Shown: positions 8,676 through 16,887, counted from the first letter of the stretch. The stretch: 20,000 nucleotides of DNA from an uncultured virus (IMG/VR IMGVR_UViG_3300030117_006168) (IMGVR_UViG_3300030117_006168); one strand, 5' to 3'. Translations and numbers: made by a program. Notes: generated by a model from the sequence alone, not told the origin.

Positions 8676-10384
8676 TTATATTTCGTAAAATAAAATGGAA
8701 AAATTTATTATCAACAGGTAATTATTTTACAGAAATTAAGTTAGATAATAAAGACAGTTCTTTGATTGTAGGTGAAAACGGTTCAGGTAAATCAACTTTA
8801 CTTGATGCTTTATGTTTTGTTTTATTTAACAAGCCTTTTCGTAAAATTTCAAAACCACAAATTGTAAATTCAATTAATGGTAAAGATTGTGTTGTTGAGA
8901 TTCAATTTGATACAAATAATAAATCATATAAAGTTATTCGTGGTGCTAAACCTAATATTTTTGAAATATACCAAAATAATGAATTAGTAAATCAAGATGC
9001 AGCTGCTAAAGATTACCAAGATTTTCTAGAAAAGTTTATACTTAAATTAAACTATAAATCTTTCACACAAATTGTTATGTTAGGTTCGGCATCTTTCACA
9101 CCTTTTATGCAACTATCACCAAATGATAGAAGAGCAATCATAGAGGACTTATTAGATATTCGTGTTTTTTCTACAATGAACGGGTTACTAAAAAATAAAA
9201 TGTTAGAAAATAAAGATAATGTAGTAGATAAAAAACACTCAATAGAGTTAGATAATCAAAAACATGAAATGAAACTTGCCTACTTAAATACACTAAAGGA
9301 AGACAATCGTTTAAAAATTGAAAAATATAAAAATGAAAAACAAAACTGTGAATTTGATGTAGTTAATTACACCTCAATAATTGATACCGATACTAAAGCT
9401 GTAAATGCTTTACAAAGCTTTGTTGCTGATAGAACAAAGACAGAGGCAAGAATGAAAACAATTACTAAGTTAGAGTCTAAGTTAGAATCTCATATTACAA
9501 AATCTGGAGATGATATACAGTTTTTTCAAGAACATGATGATTGCCCAACTTGTAAACAGGCAATTGATCTTGAATTTAAGAATAAAACTCTTGACAATTT
9601 ATCTGATGGCCTAGTAAAATATAAAGATGGGTTAAAAGAATTAGAAACTAAATTTTTGGTAGAACAAAAAAAATTAAATGTAATACAAGAACATCAAAAA
9701 GAAATAGCTAATTTACAGATAATGATTGCTACAAATAATAACTTAATAAATTCTAAAAGAGATAGAATAACCGAAATTGAATCTGAAATAGAAAATATCA
9801 AGTCATCTAAGTCTAGTTCAAAAAAAGAAGAGCTAGACCTAAAGACACTAGAAAATTCATTAACTCAGAAAAAAGATGAATTAAAAAGTTTATTAGACGA
9901 TAAAGTTTATTATGAAGTTGCCTCAACATTGTTAAAAGATACAGGTATTAAAACAAAAATTATTAAACAATATTTACCAATTATTAATCAACTTACTAAT
10001 AAGTATTTATCTAGTTTAGATTTTTTTGTTAATTTTAATTTAGATGAAAGTTTTAAAGAAACAATTAAGTCAAGGCATAGAGATGACTTTTCATACTCTT
10101 CATTTAGTGAGGGTGAAAAACAAAGAATTGATATGGCTTTACTTTTGACTTGGCGTGCTGTTGCCAAAATAAAAAATTCAGCAAACACAAACTTGCTTAT
10201 TCTTGATGAAACATTTGACTCTTCATTAGATGCAAATGGTACTGAAGATTTGATGAAAATTTTACAATTACTAGAAGATGTTAATTTATTTGTAATTAGT
10301 CATAAAGGTGATGTATTACAAGATAAATTTATGAATGTAATTAAATTTAGAAAAGATCGTAATTTTTCAAGGATAGTAAATTAA
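8672..10384 (+). CDS. gp46: Recombination ATPase subunit gp46 (Rad50/SbcC-like)
   Basis: Walker A GENGSGKS, zinc hook CPTC within coiled coil, signature FSEGEK, Walker B LILDE and ISH. True start is probably ATG 8672. Confidence 0.96.
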   Translation: MIIFRKIKWKNLLSTGNYFTEIKLDNKDSSLIVGENGSGKSTLLDALCFVLFNKPFRKISKPQIVNSINGKDCVVEIQFDTNNKSYKVIRGAKPNIFEIYQNNELVNQDAAAKDYQDFLEKFILKLNYKSFTQIVMLGSASFTPFMQLSPNDRRAIIEDLLDIRVFSTMNGLLKNKMLENKDNVVDKKHSIELDNQKHEMKLAYLNTLKEDNRLKIEKYKNEKQNCEFDVVNYTSIIDTDTKAVNALQSFVADRTKTEARMKTITKLESKLESHITKSGDDIQFFQEHDDCPTCKQAIDLEFKNKTLDNLSDGLVKYKDGLKELETKFLVEQKKLNVIQEHQKEIANLQIMIATNNNLINSKRDRITEIESEIENIKSSKSSSKKEELDLKTLENSLTQKKDELKSLLDDKVYYEVASTLLKDTGIKTKIIKQYLPIINQLTNKYLSSLDFFVNFNLDESFKETIKSRHRDDFSYSSFSEGEKQRIDMALLLTWRAVAKIKNSANTNLLILDETFDSSLDANGTEDLMKILQLLEDVNLFVISHKGDVLQDKFMNVIKFRKDRNFSRIVN

Positions 10385-10587
10385 TGAAAAAAGAACCAGA
10401 GATATTTTTATCAGAGTTTTATTCAGATGATGGTAAGAAAATGGTGAGAATTTTTTACAAAGCTTTTGGTGGTGGAAATAGTTTTGTAGCTAAGTGTTAT
10501 GAAAAAAATTTCAAAGTGACAACACTATACGCTCATACAGAAGATGATATAGAAATGAACGCAGAGGATTGGGTTTTAGCCAGATGA
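10384..10587 (+). CDS. Small hypothetical protein
   Basis: TAATG coupling to gp46. Ends AEDWVL, a pattern I associate with small genes after gp46. Confidence 0.7.
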   Translation: MKKEPEIFLSEFYSDDGKKMVRIFYKAFGGGNSFVAKCYEKNFKVTTLYAHTEDDIEMNAEDWVLAR

Positions 10588-11210
10588 GTGAAATATTAAA
10601 AATTGATACAGGCACAGGTGGTTCAATTGATACAGCCAGAGGGTCTATTAAAAAAGACCCTAACATGGCTAAAGATAAACTTTTGCCTTTAGTAAATGAA
10701 AATCATGATATACTTAAATCTCCTATGCCAAAATTTGTTGGTGATTTAACTGATGAATTTTGGGACACTTTATTACACAGAATGTGGATAACAATGAAAC
10801 ATACAGGCGGTATAGGATTATCAGCAAACCAAGTTGGTATAAATGAAAGAATTTTTATTATGGGTAATGAAGAAATATGTATTGCCTGTATTAATCCTGA
10901 GGTAAAGGAACAATCAGAGGAACAAGAACTTATGGTAGAAGGTTGTCTATCTTATCCAGGATTGATGTTAAGCATAAGAAGGCCTAAGTGGGTTATTGGT
11001 AAATTTACCAATGCAAAAGGTGAAACCATAGAACAAAGATTTGAAGGCCTATCAGCTAGATGTTATTTACATGAGTTAGATCATATGAATGGTATTAGAA
11101 TGATTGATCATGTGAGTCCTTTTGCTCTCAAGAGAGCTCAAGATAAACAGGCGAAGTTGTTGAAAAAAGTCAGGAGAAAGAATAAAAATGACAAGAGAAC
11201 AAATAGTTAA
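10584..11210 (+). CDS. def: Peptide deformylase
   Basis: All three PDF motifs: GIGLSANQVG, EGCLS, HELDHMNG. ATG at 10584 overlaps the upstream stop. Confidence 0.95.
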   Translation: MSEILKIDTGTGGSIDTARGSIKKDPNMAKDKLLPLVNENHDILKSPMPKFVGDLTDEFWDTLLHRMWITMKHTGGIGLSANQVGINERIFIMGNEEICIACINPEVKEQSEEQELMVEGCLSYPGLMLSIRRPKWVIGKFTNAKGETIEQRFEGLSARCYLHELDHMNGIRMIDHVSPFALKRAQDKQAKLLKKVRRKNKNDKRTNS

Positions 11211-11430
11211 AACACTACAAAATCATCTTGTTTCTCAAATGGAGAAACATAGAATGAACGCTGAAATTATGATTAGTAATCCTATGGCAATACATGACCA
11301 TACATCATGGACAGAAGGTATAGAAAACGAATTAGCTAAAATGGCTGAGTATCATGATAAACATGAAATGATTTCAAAATTTTTTGATCATCATTTACAA
11401 CACGGACATAAACATCAAAGAGAAAAGTGA
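11188..11430 (+). CDS. Small helical phage protein with His-rich C-terminus
   Basis: RBS-like AGGAG upstream. Overlaps both neighbours. Tail DHHLQHGHKH. Confidence 0.75.
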   Translation: MTREQIVKTLQNHLVSQMEKHRMNAEIMISNPMAIHDHTSWTEGIENELAKMAEYHDKHEMISKFFDHHLQHGHKHQREK

Positions 11431-12710
11431 AAGTATATAAGTTTGACCCAAAAGATGATGTAGAAACACAATGGAAAAAGTGGAGTGAGTCTGACATAGA
11501 ATTTGATAATGTATCAGATGAAGAACTGAAAGAAAACATTGTGAAAGACCTTTCATATGTTTCACAAATGGATGTGAGAGAGTACACACTATATCAAAAA
11601 TATTGTGAAGTGAAACAAAGATACCCAACAATCACAGTAAATGATTTATGGGAGGGTGAACGCCAAGTATTAAAAGATGAGAAACAAAGAAAAGCTTTAG
11701 TAGAAGTAAAGAACAATATTTGGCAACCAAAAACAAATGAAGATTACCTAGAGTTAGAACCTGAAATGATTTACACAGGTAATAAAGAGGGTATGCCTGA
11801 AGTTTGGAATGCCATTAGAACATTTACATCTACAATGAGAAATAACTCTAATATAGGCCGTAATTTAGCTTATATTATTCGTGATAGAAAAACAAAAAAA
11901 TATCTAGGTGTCATCTGTATTACAGGTGATTTTATTGATCTTACACCAAGAGATAACTTTATTGGTTGGGATCGTAATTATAAAACAGAAAGTGGTATGT
12001 TAAATCATACAGCAATTGGTTCTACGATTGTACCATTACAACCTCTCGGTTTCAATTATGTTGGCGGTAAACTTCTAGCATTACTTTGTTTATCAGAGGA
12101 AATACAATCTCAATGGAAAAAAAATTATGGTGATAATTTAGTAAGTGTGACAACAACATCACTTTATGGTAAAACAAAAAAAGGTGGTCTATCACAATAT
12201 GATAATTTAAAATATTGGAAACCAATGGGCTTTACAAGCGGTTCTGTTTCATACGAACCAACAAAGAAAACGATATATCAAATTAGACATTGGTTGATGA
12301 AAAATCACCCACGAAAATATTTTGAATGGTATGTTGCCAAAAGACCAAATGGTCAACAATTGAAAAGAGATCATAGGCATAGATCGTATGCTTTCACATA
12401 TAGTAAATTAGGTAATATACCAAAAGAAATAATGAAATCTGATCATGCAAGAGGCGTTTACTTTTGCCCCTTATATGATAAAAGTTGTGCATACTTGAGA
12501 GGTGAAGCCAAGATAGAAGATTTGACAAAAGCATTTGATAATTCTACCGAAGCTTTATCTGAATTGTGGAAATATAAGTATGCAAAACCTAGAATCAAAC
12601 AATTGGTTAAAAAAGGTAGAGATTCAAAAGAAACTCTTTTTTATGATGATTTAATATACAAAACATGGGACGAGGTAAAAACTTCATATTTGCCCCAAAT
12701 TGGTAGATAA
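11427..12710 (+). CDS. DUF4338/DruA-like protein (possibly GNAT-related fold)
   Basis: IGRNLAYIIRD..TKKYLGVI, RDNFIGW, PLGFNYVGGKLLALL, TTTSLYG..SQY and W..MGFTSG match my recollection of DUF4338 motifs. GTGA overlap start. Confidence 0.7.
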   Translation: MKVYKFDPKDDVETQWKKWSESDIEFDNVSDEELKENIVKDLSYVSQMDVREYTLYQKYCEVKQRYPTITVNDLWEGERQVLKDEKQRKALVEVKNNIWQPKTNEDYLELEPEMIYTGNKEGMPEVWNAIRTFTSTMRNNSNIGRNLAYIIRDRKTKKYLGVICITGDFIDLTPRDNFIGWDRNYKTESGMLNHTAIGSTIVPLQPLGFNYVGGKLLALLCLSEEIQSQWKKNYGDNLVSVTTTSLYGKTKKGGLSQYDNLKYWKPMGFTSGSVSYEPTKKTIYQIRHWLMKNHPRKYFEWYVAKRPNGQQLKRDHRHRSYAFTYSKLGNIPKEIMKSDHARGVYFCPLYDKSCAYLRGEAKIEDLTKAFDNSTEALSELWKYKYAKPRIKQLVKKGRDSKETLFYDDLIYKTWDEVKTSYLPQIGR

Positions 12711-12713
12711 CTG

Positions 12714-12722
12714 TGTTATAGT
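12714..12722 (+). promoter_or_regulatory. Possible extended -10 promoter for the tRNA-like RNA
   Basis: TG-T-TATAGT ending 13 nt before the RNA 5' end. No well-spaced -35. Confidence 0.4.
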
Positions 12723-12735
12723 ATTTACAGAATAT

Positions 12736-12801
12736 GCGGTGGGTCGTAAGACAATCAGGCTCCAACCTGTAAGCGTGGTGTAACTCCACGACACCGCTCC
12801 A
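12736..12801 (+). tRNA. Non-canonical tRNA-Gly(TCC)-like RNA, 66 nt, encoded CCA
   Basis: Acceptor GCGGTG/CACCGC + T + CCA. Mini D-arm GTC-GTAA-GAC. Anticodon arm CAGG-CTCCAA-CCTG. T-arm CGTGG-TGTAACT-CCACG. GC-rich island in AT-rich DNA. Confidence 0.8.
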
Positions 12802-12802
12802 A

Positions 12803-12870
12803 TGTTGCAAAAATACAACAAAAATAGTGCTTGACAATTCGGGTTGGTGCTGATAGGATGGTATCATAAA
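12803..12870 (+). promoter_or_regulatory. Early sigma70-type promoter, copy 1, with upstream palindrome
   Basis: TGTTG-CAAAAATA-CAACA (12803-12820), then TTGACA (12831-12836), 17 nt, TAGGAT (12854-12859) with TGn. Confidence 0.85.
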
Positions 12871-12891
12871 GTAAATTATTTGGGAGTTTTA

Positions 12892-15237
12892 ATGTCAATA
12901 GTAGAACAAAAATCACAACTAGCAAAATTACTTGCTACAGAAAATGTTACTGTACAACATAAAAAAGTTGATACAGCGTCTTTCAATCCTATGACAAGAG
13001 TTCTTACTTGCCCTATCTGGAAAGATATGAGTCCAGAGCTTTATGATTTATTAATGAGTCATGAAGTTGGCCATGCTTTAAATACTCCAGCAGATGGCTG
13101 GCATGGCGCTGTATCTAATAAAGGCAAAAACTACAAAGGTTTTCTTAATGTTATTGAAGATGCTCGCATTGAGAAAAAAATCAAAAGAAAATATCCAGGT
13201 CTTGTAAAATCTTATGTTAAAGGTTTTAATGAGATTATGGGTATGAATCTATTTGGTATTCAAGATGTTGAAGAAATAAATGAATTACCTTTTATTGATA
13301 GAATCAATATTTTTACAAAGAGTTCTTACTCTATGCCTATTCAATTCTCTAATGAAGAGTTATCAATTATTGAAGAGATTAAAAATCTTGAATCATGGAA
13401 TGATGTTGTTGCTATGACTGATAGATTATGGGATCAGGCAGTAGAAGAAGAGAAAGAAACTTTTACTATGTTTGATTATACGGACGTAGAAGAAGATAAT
13501 GATGAAGATTCAGCTGGCAAAACTGAGCAAACTGGTTTTTTCCCTAATGATGATTCGGATAATGAGAATGAATCTGAAGAATCAGTAAGTCAATCTGAAG
13601 CTACAGAGGAAGATACTGAAGAAAATGAAGAAACTGAATCTGGTGCTGATGATTCAGCTGCTGAAGATGGCGGTGATGATGAAAAAGACTCAAATGTAGA
13701 TGCTGAGTCAGCTCATGGCGATGTTGATGGTGACGAAGTTTACGAACCATCTTGTGAAACTGATGAGTCATTTAGAAATAATGAAAATAAATTACTTGAT
13801 GGTAAAGCTGTAGAAAATGTTTATATTAATATACCAAAGCCAATATTAGATAAAATCTTAGAAGATCCTAAAGTAGTCAATAAAAGTATGACAGACCACT
13901 TCAAAGAGTTATCACAACGCAGTTTGATGTACTTTCAAAACCAGACTAATTACAGAACAAATATTGGTCCTGAAGAAGTTAAAAAACTTTTCAATCGTGG
14001 TCATGTTATGAATGAGTTTAAAAAGAAAAATGATCGTTTTATCTCATTGATGGCTAAAGACTTTGAAATGAAAAAAGCTGCCACAAAATATGCCAAGGCT
14101 AGATTATATACTTCTGGTGATATTGATATTAACAAAATTTACAAGTATAAGTTTGATGATCAAATTTTTCGTAAGTTGACAAAATTACCGAAAGGTAAAA
14201 ATCATGGTATGCTTCTTGTATTAGATTTATCTGGTTCTATGGATCGTAACATGGCTGGTTCAATTGAGCAGATTCTTATTCTTACTGCTTTTTGTAAGAA
14301 AGTTCAAATACCATTTAGAGTTTTTGGTTTCACTTCTACACCGCTTAATAGTGATGTAAAAGAATATGGTGATACTCCGACTCCTAAATGGCATTTAGCT
14401 GAGAACACTCTTGATCTTCATGACGATTGGGCGTTAAGAGAATTTATTAATTCAGATATGGGAGCAGCTGCCTATAAAGAGGCTTTTGAGAATTTACTGA
14501 TGGGTAAATCTGCTTGGAGTTATAACAAGCTTCATGTTAATTATCAGAATATTCCAAGAGCATTACATTTAAGTAGCACACCATTGAATGAATCTATCGT
14601 TGCTTTAGGTTCAATTGTACCAGAGTTTAGACAAAAACATAATTTAGATATTGTGAATACTATTTTTGTACATGATGGTGATGCTAATCATACTGGTGGT
14701 TATTATGACTGGGATGAGGAAAAAAATGATTGGCAATTTAATTACTTTGATCGAAATGAAAATGTAATTTTACAAGATATTAAGCTTCGCTGGGCATCAT
14801 TAGCTGTTTATCATGATAGAAATAATTGTATAACTAACGATTTATTAGAATGGTTTAAAGTTAAAACTGGTTCTCAAGTTTTTGGTTTCTTTGTTTCAAC
14901 TAAAATGAGTGATGCAATTAATTATAGATATGTACCGAAAAATGCTCTCAAAGATCGTAAGTTTTATGTTAATTGGGAAATAAAAGAAGAGGCTAAAAAA
15001 CTTGGGAGAAAGCAAAAGTTTTTAGAATCATATAATAGAGGCTTTGATCAGTTTTACATTTTGAATGATAGTAATAAGCTTACTACTGATGGTGAAGAGT
15101 TTGAGTTTGAGGTTGCTGATGAAAACAAGATTAGTACCAGAAGCCTTGCGAGTCAATTCACTAAAATGAATAAATCTAGAGAGGTCAATCGCATACTGGC
15201 AACGAAATTTGTAGAAAAAATTGCGGTAAAGTTGTAA
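12892..15237 (+). CDS. Metallopeptidase-like / acidic linker / VWA domain protein (phage 'CobT-like' partner of a MoxR ATPase)
   Basis: HEVGH (HExxH), NVIEDARIE, a long Asp/Glu-rich linker, MIDAS DLSGSM, TPLNE and VHDG. ATG 12892 follows GGGAG RBS; the ORF-track start at 12844 lies inside the promoter. Confidence 0.88.
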   Translation: MSIVEQKSQLAKLLATENVTVQHKKVDTASFNPMTRVLTCPIWKDMSPELYDLLMSHEVGHALNTPADGWHGAVSNKGKNYKGFLNVIEDARIEKKIKRKYPGLVKSYVKGFNEIMGMNLFGIQDVEEINELPFIDRINIFTKSSYSMPIQFSNEELSIIEEIKNLESWNDVVAMTDRLWDQAVEEEKETFTMFDYTDVEEDNDEDSAGKTEQTGFFPNDDSDNENESEESVSQSEATEEDTEENEETESGADDSAAEDGGDDEKDSNVDAESAHGDVDGDEVYEPSCETDESFRNNENKLLDGKAVENVYINIPKPILDKILEDPKVVNKSMTDHFKELSQRSLMYFQNQTNYRTNIGPEEVKKLFNRGHVMNEFKKKNDRFISLMAKDFEMKKAATKYAKARLYTSGDIDINKIYKYKFDDQIFRKLTKLPKGKNHGMLLVLDLSGSMDRNMAGSIEQILILTAFCKKVQIPFRVFGFTSTPLNSDVKEYGDTPTPKWHLAENTLDLHDDWALREFINSDMGAAAYKEAFENLLMGKSAWSYNKLHVNYQNIPRALHLSSTPLNESIVALGSIVPEFRQKHNLDIVNTIFVHDGDANHTGGYYDWDEEKNDWQFNYFDRNENVILQDIKLRWASLAVYHDRNNCITNDLLEWFKVKTGSQVFGFFVSTKMSDAINYRYVPKNALKDRKFYVNWEIKEEAKKLGRKQKFLESYNRGFDQFYILNDSNKLTTDGEEFEFEVADENKISTRSLASQFTKMNKSREVNRILATKFVEKIAVKL

Positions 15238-15294
15238 AAATGCAACATTATCGCTTGACAATTGGGGTTGGTGCTGATAGGATGGTACCATAAA
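15230..15294 (+). promoter_or_regulatory. Early sigma70-type promoter, copy 2, with upstream palindrome
   Basis: GTTG-TAAAAATG-CAAC (15231-15246), then TTGACA (15255-15260), 17 nt, TAGGAT (15278-15283). 15253-15294 matches 12829-12870 at 40/42 nt. Confidence 0.85.
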
Positions 15295-15320
15295 TTAACA
15301 AAACTTGGGAGTTTTATATT

Positions 15321-16487
15321 ATGAAAGCAGTTAGACAAACATTTATTGATGCAGTTACGAAGTTGGGTAAAGAAACAATTACTACAGCTGATATTAAAAA
15401 CATTATGGCTGATACAGGCATTGCTCATCCATACTGGTTTACGAATCAAAAAGACCTTAGAATTGGTCGTGGCGTTTATGACGCTTCAGAGTATGTTGCA
15501 AAGGTAGTTAAACTGCCTAAGACAAAAGCAACAATTACAAAAACACCAACAGCAGAGGCGAATGTAATTAACTCTGTTGTTACTTCTTTAGAAGTAGAAA
15601 GTTTGATACCTGAAAAGTATGCAAACTATGTTCCTTTCGGCATCTATAAAGATGTTGAAAGTATTATTAAATCCAAAAAGTTTTTTCCATGTTTTATTAC
15701 TGGTCAATCTGGTAATGGTAAAACAATGTCCGTTGAACAAGCTTGTGCGAGAAATAAACGTAAGTATGTTTGTATCTCAATGACACCTGAAACTGATGAA
15801 GGTGATCTTCTTGGTAATTATGTATTGATTAACGGTCAGATGGAATGGCGAGATGGTCCAGTCACGGTGGCAGCGAGGCAAGGTGCTGTGTTGTGTATAG
15901 ATGAAATTGATTATGGTGCGAATAATCTTGCTTCGTTGCAACGTGTCCTAGAGGGCAAGCCATTTCTACTTAAAAAGAAAGGTGAGATTGTAGAACCTGC
16001 TGAAGGCTTTACAATCTTTGCTACTGCTAATACAAAAGGCAAGGGCTCAGATGATGGTCGTTATATGTACACTAATGTATTGAACGAGGCATTTCTTGAG
16101 AGATTCCCTACAACTGAAGAGCAAGATTGGCCTTCAAGAAAAATTGAGATCAACATTCTCAAAAAAGAATTGAATGGTCAAGATGATGACTTTGCCGAGA
16201 AGCTTGTTATCTGGGCTGAAGTTATCCGTAAAACATTTGAACAAGGTGGTTGTGATGAAGTCATATCGACTAGACGATTGGTTCACATATCTAGAACTTT
16301 TGGTATATTCTCCGATAAGTTAAAGAGTATTGCTAAGTGTATTGCTCGTTTTGACGAGGACACCAAGGCTACTTTCTTAGACTTGTATACCAAAGTTGAT
16401 TCTGGTGCTGATGCTGACTCACTACTCACAGGCGATGAAACTCCCGAAACTCCCCAGCCTGAAGAGTTAGCTGATGTTTCATCATAA
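15321..16487 (+). CDS. MoxR-type AAA+ ATPase (phage 'CobS-like')
   Basis: Walker A GQSGNGKT, Walker B LCIDEID, ATANTKGKG, NEAFLERF and ISTRRL. Adjacent to the VWA gene. Confidence 0.92.
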   Translation: MKAVRQTFIDAVTKLGKETITTADIKNIMADTGIAHPYWFTNQKDLRIGRGVYDASEYVAKVVKLPKTKATITKTPTAEANVINSVVTSLEVESLIPEKYANYVPFGIYKDVESIIKSKKFFPCFITGQSGNGKTMSVEQACARNKRKYVCISMTPETDEGDLLGNYVLINGQMEWRDGPVTVAARQGAVLCIDEIDYGANNLASLQRVLEGKPFLLKKKGEIVEPAEGFTIFATANTKGKGSDDGRYMYTNVLNEAFLERFPTTEEQDWPSRKIEINILKKELNGQDDDFAEKLVIWAEVIRKTFEQGGCDEVISTRRLVHISRTFGIFSDKLKSIAKCIARFDEDTKATFLDLYTKVDSGADADSLLTGDETPETPQPEELADVSS

Positions 16488-16499
16488 CCACCGCCCTAA

Positions 16500-16539
16500 A
16501 AAGGGAAGAGCAACCCCTTTAAGTGTTGCTCATTTTTTT
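16500..16539 (+). terminator. Stem-loop plus U-tract (intrinsic terminator), alternatively an H-type pseudoknot
   Basis: GAGCAAC (16508-16514) pairs with GTTGCTC (16525-16531), followed by A-T7. Loop CCCTTT can pair with AAAGGG (16500-16505). Confidence 0.6.
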
Positions 16540-16552
16540 CATGGAGTTGTTT

Positions 16553-16825
16553 ATGTCAATTGAGAGCAAAATTGTAAAGTATCTTTCAAAGTCTGATGGA
16601 TACAATACGCTCACCGCTAATCAAATGCGTTCTAAATTTGGTGTGAAGAATCCATCTGCTATGGTGGATACGCTAAGAAAAAAAGGGTATGCAATATACC
16701 TTAATTCTAAAAAAGCGGCGAACGGTACCAAGGTTAGTTTTTATCGCCTAGGTAAACCAACCAGAGCAATGGTAGCTGCTGGTATCTTAGCACTAAGGCA
16801 ACATGGTGTTAATGCTTTTGCCTAA
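16553..16825 (+). CDS. Small basic winged helix-turn-helix DNA-binding protein
   Basis: GGAG RBS at 16543-16546. LTANQMRSKFGVKNPSAMVDTLRKKGYAIY followed by a beta-wing (..KVSFYRLG). Confidence 0.75.
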   Translation: MSIESKIVKYLSKSDGYNTLTANQMRSKFGVKNPSAMVDTLRKKGYAIYLNSKKAANGTKVSFYRLGKPTRAMVAAGILALRQHGVNAFA

Positions 16826-16842
16826 AATAGTTGTCTAATTTT

Positions 16843-16887
16843 AAATTAGGGCTAATAAATATATTATTATTAGTCCTAATTTTTTTT
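16843..16887 (+). terminator. 16-bp hairpin with U-tract; contains a T4-late-promoter-like AATAAATA
   Basis: AAATTAGGGCTAATAA (16843-16858) pairs with TTATTAGTCCTAATTT (16867-16882) with one G-U pair, running into a T tract. AATAAATA at 16854-16861. Confidence 0.7.

Noticed and set aside
11427..12710. Complete Druantia defence system
   Set aside because: Only a DruA-like gene is present; no DruE helicase or DruB-D neighbours.
12760..12765. Reading the RNA as tRNA-Trp(CCA)
   Set aside because: The 6-nt loop allows this reading, but the GCG/CGC acceptor end and U73 match Gly identity; bacterial tRNA-Trp uses G73.
13490..13770. GAA/GAT-rich low-complexity tract as a DNA repeat
   Set aside because: It is the in-frame acidic linker of the VWA protein, with no regular periodicity.
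12829..15294. CRISPR repeats or mobile-element terminal repeats
   Set aside because: Only two copies 2.4 kb apart, explained as promoters; no cas, integrase or transposase gene.
643..15449. Short minus-strand ORFs in the track (e.g. 643-825, 2117-2353, 5567-5779, 12607-12867, 15028-15291)
   Set aside because: They are shadows of well-supported + strand genes or regulatory elements, with no recognisable motifs. The similarity between 12607-12867 and 15028-15291 only reflects the promoter repeat.
12892..16487. Cobalamin biosynthesis (CobST) linked to the B12 radical SAM enzyme
   Set aside because: No CobN or other cob genes in the window, and the architecture is a generic MoxR/VWA pair.
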